From: Octopus bimaculoides
Lineage: Eukaryota
DNA length: 38,787 nucleotides
Direction of reading: 5' to 3'
NCBI RefSeq assembly: GCF_001194135.2
Contig: NC_068981.1
Coordinates: forward strand, 144,181,818-144,220,604
The first letter of the stretch is position 1. Every line of letters starts with the position of its first letter. Made by a program: the position numbers and the translations under genes. Of the stretch, positions 33,733 to 38,787 are shown piece after piece. The notes beneath the pieces were generated by a model. The model was given only the letters and a program-made list of their open reading frames with translations. It had not been told where the DNA came from and made no database searches.

Positions 33733-35435
33733 GTAATAATGGAATCTTTTATCTGGAATTCTTTCTCACTATCTTTTACATCTCTCTCTCTCTCTCTCTC
33801 TTATTGTCACTTTCTCTCTCTCTTACTGTCCTCTCCTTTCTTTCATATCTCAACTCTTCCTCACAGCTTCTGTCTCTCATACTTATTTTTCCCACTTTCC
33901 TGTCCTCTCTCCCTCCTCTATCTCTCCCTCCTCTCTCCCNNNNNNNNNNNNNNNNNNNNNNNNNNNNNNNNNNNNNNNNNNNNNNNNNNNNNNNNNNNNN
34001 NNNNNNNNNNNNNNNNNNNNNNNNNNNNNNNNNNNNNNNNNNNNNNNNNNNNNNNNNNNNNNNNNNNNNNNNNNNNNNNNNNNNNNNNNNNNNNNNNNNN
34101 NNNNNNNNNNNNNNNNNNNNNNNNNNTCTCTCTCTCTCTCTCTTATTGTCACTTTCTCTCTCTCTTACTGTCCTCTCCTTTCTTTCATATCTCAACTCTT
34201 CCTCACAGCTTCTGTCTCTCATACTTATTTTTCCCACTTTCCTGTCCTCTCTCCCTCCTCTATCTCTCCCTCCTCTCTCCTTCCCTCCCTCCTCTCTCCC
34301 TCCTCCCTCCTTCCCTCCTCTCTCTCTCCTCTTTCTTCAGATAGTCATCATTTGGGGGACATTAAGCTGTCGTTACTAACCACTCATATAATCTCATACA
34401 GGCTCCTGTATTGCCTCATTATTTTTATTTTATCATGCTACAGCATACAGATACCCTTTTCATCAGAGCAAAGAAGAGAGCAAGCCGCTATATGTGGTCA
34501 CTCCATCTGCTGGAAATAGCAGCCAGTCATTTTCCAAAATCACATTTGAAATTAAATAAGTAAATCTTAAATGAAATTAGGATACAATGGACAATATAGT
34601 CATTGATATAACAAAAAGTCAGGTTTGTCATGACTAGAACTTCCTTTTTTTTTTCTCATAGGTCTGCTTAATCTAGGTCTGGTTTGGGTTAAAACAGCAC
34701 TTATGTCATTTTCTCATGTTTAGACTGTTATCTTACAAACATACACGCATTCCGGGCCAAATTCACACCATTGGTTCCCTATAAAATTATTTCCCCACCA
34801 TCTTACTGCTGTCTTTACCACTACTATAAATCTTCCCTCAGTGTCTTTTTTTTTGTCATATTTTATTTTTTATTATTTATTTCTTTTCTTTTCTTTCTTT
34901 ATTTTTTTACAACTTTGTCTTCGAATTTCTAATATCAGGTATAACACTAAATATTTTTGATGAGTGGGATATAGGCAATTTTCATACACTCTCATATTGC
35001 AAGGGAGATTACTGTGTTGTGTATCATGCTATGACTATATATCAGGTGAGCTTTATAATTCTGAATATTTAAGAACCAATGCTTACTATTGTAATAAAAT
35101 TAATGATCAATTATTCATCTCCATGATCATCATCATTTAGCATCCACATTTCCATACTTTCATTGGGCGGACAGGATTTGTTAAGGAAGCTTTTCTACAA
35201 TTAGATGCCTTTCCTGTTGCCAACTCTCATCTGTTTCAAAGCAAGATAATAATTCTTGTGCTCAGACATGTTTTTATGGAAGACTAGGAATGAGTAGCAT
35301 TGCTCTTATGACAGTGATGCTTGCTTACAGCCATCATATAATGTCAAGTCAAGGGTACACACACACACGCGTGTGTGTGTGTGTNNNNNNNNNNNNNNNN
35401 NNNNNNNNNNNNNNNNNNNNNNNNNNNNNNNNNNN

Positions 35436-35530
35436 ACTGGCCCTTGTGCCACTGGCCCTTGTGCCACTGGCCCTTGTGCCACTGGCCCTTGTGCCACTGG
35501 CCCTTATGTCACTGGCCCTTGTGCCACTGG
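35436..35530 (+). repeat. 15-bp minisatellite (actggcccttgtgcc) x6+, continuing into an N gap
   Basis: Units at 35436, 35451, 35466, 35481, 35496 and 35511. Confidence 0.95.
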
Positions 35531-35539
35531 CACATAAAA

Positions 35540-35812
35540 AGCACTACACTCTCAGAGTGGTTGGCGTTAGGAAAGGCATCCAGCTGCAGAAGAAACCTTG
35601 CCAGATCAGAGTGGAGCCTGGTGCAGCCTTCTGGCTTGCAAGTTCTCAGTCAAACCGTCTAACCCATGCCAGCATGGAAAGTGAACGTTAAACGATGATG
35701 ATGATGATGATCATCATCATCATCGTTTAACGTCCGCTTTCCATGCTAGCATAGGTTGGACGATTTGACTGAGGACTGGTGAAACCAGATGGCAACACCA
35801 GGCTCCAATCTA
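35540..35812. mobile_element. Two RTE 3' ends joined tail-to-tail at (GAT)n(CAT)n
   Basis: A plus copy ending gatgatgat meets a minus copy starting catcatcat; centre at 35710/35711. Confidence 0.9.
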
Positions 35813-36711
35813 ATATATATATATATAAATGGCAAGTCCCTTTTGATTTCCATGGTAAGCCCAGGACTGCAGAAAATGAAACCACTTGCCCAAGGTGCTA
35901 TGCTGTGAGATTAAACCCTAGACCACATGACTGGAAAACAAGCTACTCAACTACACAGCCATTATCGGTTTCATCATGAAATTAACTTTACTTGAAATAT
36001 TTTCTAATAACGACATAAAAATTGCTTTCATTTTTATATTTGTTATAGTGGAAGTAATCATAAGACAAAATGTAATACTTTGCTTAATGTATTTTCCAAA
36101 CCCTCATTTTATTTAGGCTTTATATCAAAATCTTCAGAATTACTTTATGTAATGTGTGTGTGTGTGTGTGTTTATTGAAATTAGAGCCTACATCTCAGAT
36201 AAGCTGTATTGTTATTTACAGTTTACAACTTTGAGAGGTGTTTAACGCAGTAACCTCCCTTATAAAGTGAAATAAGTATGACAACCACCGAGTTGAAGCC
36301 TTAGCACATGACTGGTTTGATTTCATCAATATAGATAGAGGTGGTAAAAAGCAGAATTGACTGTATTGTAATCGGAACTCAGAAACAGAGAAGGAAGATA
36401 AATAACTTTGCCTCAAGCTCCATACTGCACTTAACAAAACTCCTCCCAAACCCTTCATCTCCAAATGCTCACTCTCACGATTGTGTTCTCTCGGTTATCA
36501 TGTGTAAAATGTCATTGAGACCATCCCAATTAATCCTTTCTACTATTGACACAAGGCCTGTAATTCTGGTGGAAGGGTATTGTCAATTACCTCAACCCCA
36601 AAGCTGAATGGTTTTTATTTCAGAGATTCCCTTTTTGTTGATGGATTATCTTCACTGTGACTGTGGTGAACACAGTCACTCCTTGACTATATTGGATAGC
36701 CATTGATTCTA

Positions 36712-36934
36712 ATTTCTTTATTGCCCACAAAGGGCTAAACATAGAGGGGACAAACAAGGACACACAAAGGGATTAAGTCGATTACCTCGACCCCAGTGCG
36801 TAACTGGTACTTAATTTATCGACCCCGAAAGGATGAAAGGCAAAGTCGACCTCGGCGGAATTTGAACTCAGAACATAACGGCAGACAAAATTTTCGCCTG
36901 GCGTGCTAACGATTCTGCCAACTCGCTGCCTTAA
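36712..36934 (-). mobile_element. Family A SINE with 11-bp TSD
   Basis: TSD cattgattcta at 36701-36711 and 36935-36945. Confidence 0.92.
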
Positions 36935-37462
36935 CATTGATTCTACTGAACTCTTCTACTCCTTGTCAAGTCATGTTTTATATTACACAGGGTATCCAAA
37001 ATAACCCTCCCCACAAAATTTGCTTGGTAGGGTTGCCAGTTTAGTCACTGATGATCTAACCATGCAACAGGTTGTACTGGGTTACATGTTACCAGGAGTG
37101 CTAGAGTGACCTGACATAATATATATATATATCTGTTCAGGTATAAATAGATGTGTGCATGCATACATGCAGACATACATTTATACACACATGCATGCAT
37201 GCATACACATGCACATGTATGTTTGAATGTGACTGAGTGTTTGTGCTTCCTCATCATGACATTGAATTATAGCTGTAAATGAATATCACCACCCTACAAG
37301 CAGTGTAATTCATTTCCAGTCTTCTGTGAAAAGCTGTCTGGTTATAGGAAAAAATAACTTTGCTTGACAAGAAGAGCATCTGGTGATCAAAAATCTGCCT
37401 CACTGAATTCTATCTGATTCATGCAAGAATACAAGAATCGACATTAAAACAACAAATATGTA

Positions 37463-37598
37463 ATGACGATGATAATGATGATGGTGGTGGTGGTAGTGAT
37501 GATGATGATGATGATGATTATGATGATGATGACGATGACGACGACGACGACGACGATGACGACAACGACGACGATGACGATAACTACGACAACAACGA
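37463..37598 (+). repeat. Compound (GAT/GGT/GAC/AAC)n microsatellite
   Basis: Read directly from the sequence. Confidence 0.9.
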
Positions 37599-38407
37599 CT
37601 TCATTAGCATACTGCCTCATTGATGCAGCAGGTTATGTTCAGAATGGTATGTGGCTGCTTCAATGCTTCAGTTTTGCAATCACCATTAGTCATGCTATGA
37701 ATGTCTCTCTGAGTGTCTCAAGATACCTTCTTTCACCACATTCTAATTGTTTCTTTTGCCAATTTCTGTTCTTTTTCACTGAATTTCTTATAATTATATT
37801 TCACTTCTTTATCATGAAAGTTGCAGTCTAAAATGTTAGACTCCTCTTTTATTTCACAACAAAATAATTTATTCCACTTTGTGAACTTTTTGTACTCTCC
37901 ATTTACTAGTACAGACTATTAATGGTTTCTTCAGATTCTGCTTTTCTTAAGAGGTCTGTAATAGTTAATTTTTCTTTTCAAATTTTGAATTAGCTTTATT
38001 TAGAGGAAGGGAGACAACTTACTTTGAAATAGCAACAGAGAAGAAATAAAGAAATGAAAAGGCAATTTTAGTCACTGAAGTATGCTTATGTTTAAAGTGT
38101 ATATAACTTTAATCATGGAATGAATCTTTCAGAATATATTAAGTGCTCCGCATTAAGGTATATGTATTATATCGAAAGCACAGTTTCAGAGTTCGTTTAG
38201 GTTCAGTGGCTGTGATGTTGCTGAGAAACAACTTGTATGGAGTTCACATATGATCTAACAATGATTTTAATTTTACAACTGCAAAGAAATTACTAGTAAC
38301 ACCATGTAATTAGCAAGTACAGTATATAAGTTGCTTTTATGCTGAAGTTATATTTATATGTTCAATAGGTGTAAGTACGGTTGGGTGGTTTCAGGTTCAA
38401 TCCCACT

Positions 38408-38787
38408 GCATGGCACACTGGGAAAGTGTCAACTACTATAACTTCGGGCATGGCACACTGGGCAAGTGTCAACTACTATAACTTCAGGCATGGCACACTG
38501 GGCAAGTGTCAACTACTATAACTTCAGGCATGGCACACTGGGCAAGTGTCTGCTACTGTAACTTCAGGCATGGCACACTGGGCAAGTGTCAACTACTATA
38601 ACTTCGGGCATGGCACACTGGGCAAATGTCAACTACTATAACTTCGGGCATGGCACACTGGGCAAGTGTCAACTACTATAACTTCAGGCATGGCACACTG
38701 GGCAAGTGTCAACTACTATAACTTCAGGCATGGCACACTGGGCAAGTGTCTACTACTATAACTTCAGGCATGGCACACTGGGCAAGT
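38408..38787 (+). repeat. 40-bp SINE-derived minisatellite, >=9.5 units, running off the window end
   Basis: Unit gcatggcacactgggcaagtgtcaactactataacttcrg; tggcacactg recurs at 38411, 38451, ... 38771; preceded by a SINE B-box ggttcaatcccact. Confidence 0.95.

Noticed and set aside
33781-34280. ~155-bp block duplicated exactly on both sides of an N gap
   Set aside because: Identical flanks around a gap in low-complexity CT sequence most likely reflect unmerged overlapping contig ends.
38408-38787. CRISPR-like regular repeat
   Set aside because: Units are contiguous with no unique spacers, there are no cas genes, the context is eukaryotic, and the unit derives from a SINE.
33733-38787. Next MINDY4 exon (expected phase 2, ...ILWRAG-like)
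   Set aside because: No AG-bounded open segment with matching motifs was found; it probably lies beyond the window.

Overview
Eukaryotic, AT-rich, gap-containing scaffold whose repeat content (tRNA-derived SINEs, RTE LINE 3' ends with (GAT)n tails, dense microsatellites) points to an octopod cephalopod, probably Octopus; this is inferred from remembered repeat families, not a search. The window is mostly intronic. I can build seven + strand coding exons (7981-8100, 10682-10823, 12825-12979, 15877-16208, 20344-20491, 29028-29144, 33644-33732), all with AG/GT boundaries and consistent phases. They splice into a stop-free 367-codon partial ORF resembling the deubiquitinase MINDY4/FAM188B, including the IVQKK-GGPCG catalytic Gln/Cys motif. 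The first coding exon and the C-terminal exons were not found in the window. Introns hold at least four SINE families, RTE LINE remnants, an internally deleted hAT (Charlie/Buster) abutting a deleted mariner, hAT and TTAA-specific (piggyBac-type) MITEs, and a fold-back element. The more unusual items are a decayed minimal hammerhead ribozyme in a Penelope/retrozyme-like repeat, MITE-in-MITE nesting with an empty-site control, several long hairpins, retroposon-derived minisatellites and a 24-nt array with a codon-like pattern. No prokaryotic-type system or CRISPR array is present. Repeat boundaries are approximate unless a target-site duplication (TSD) is quoted.
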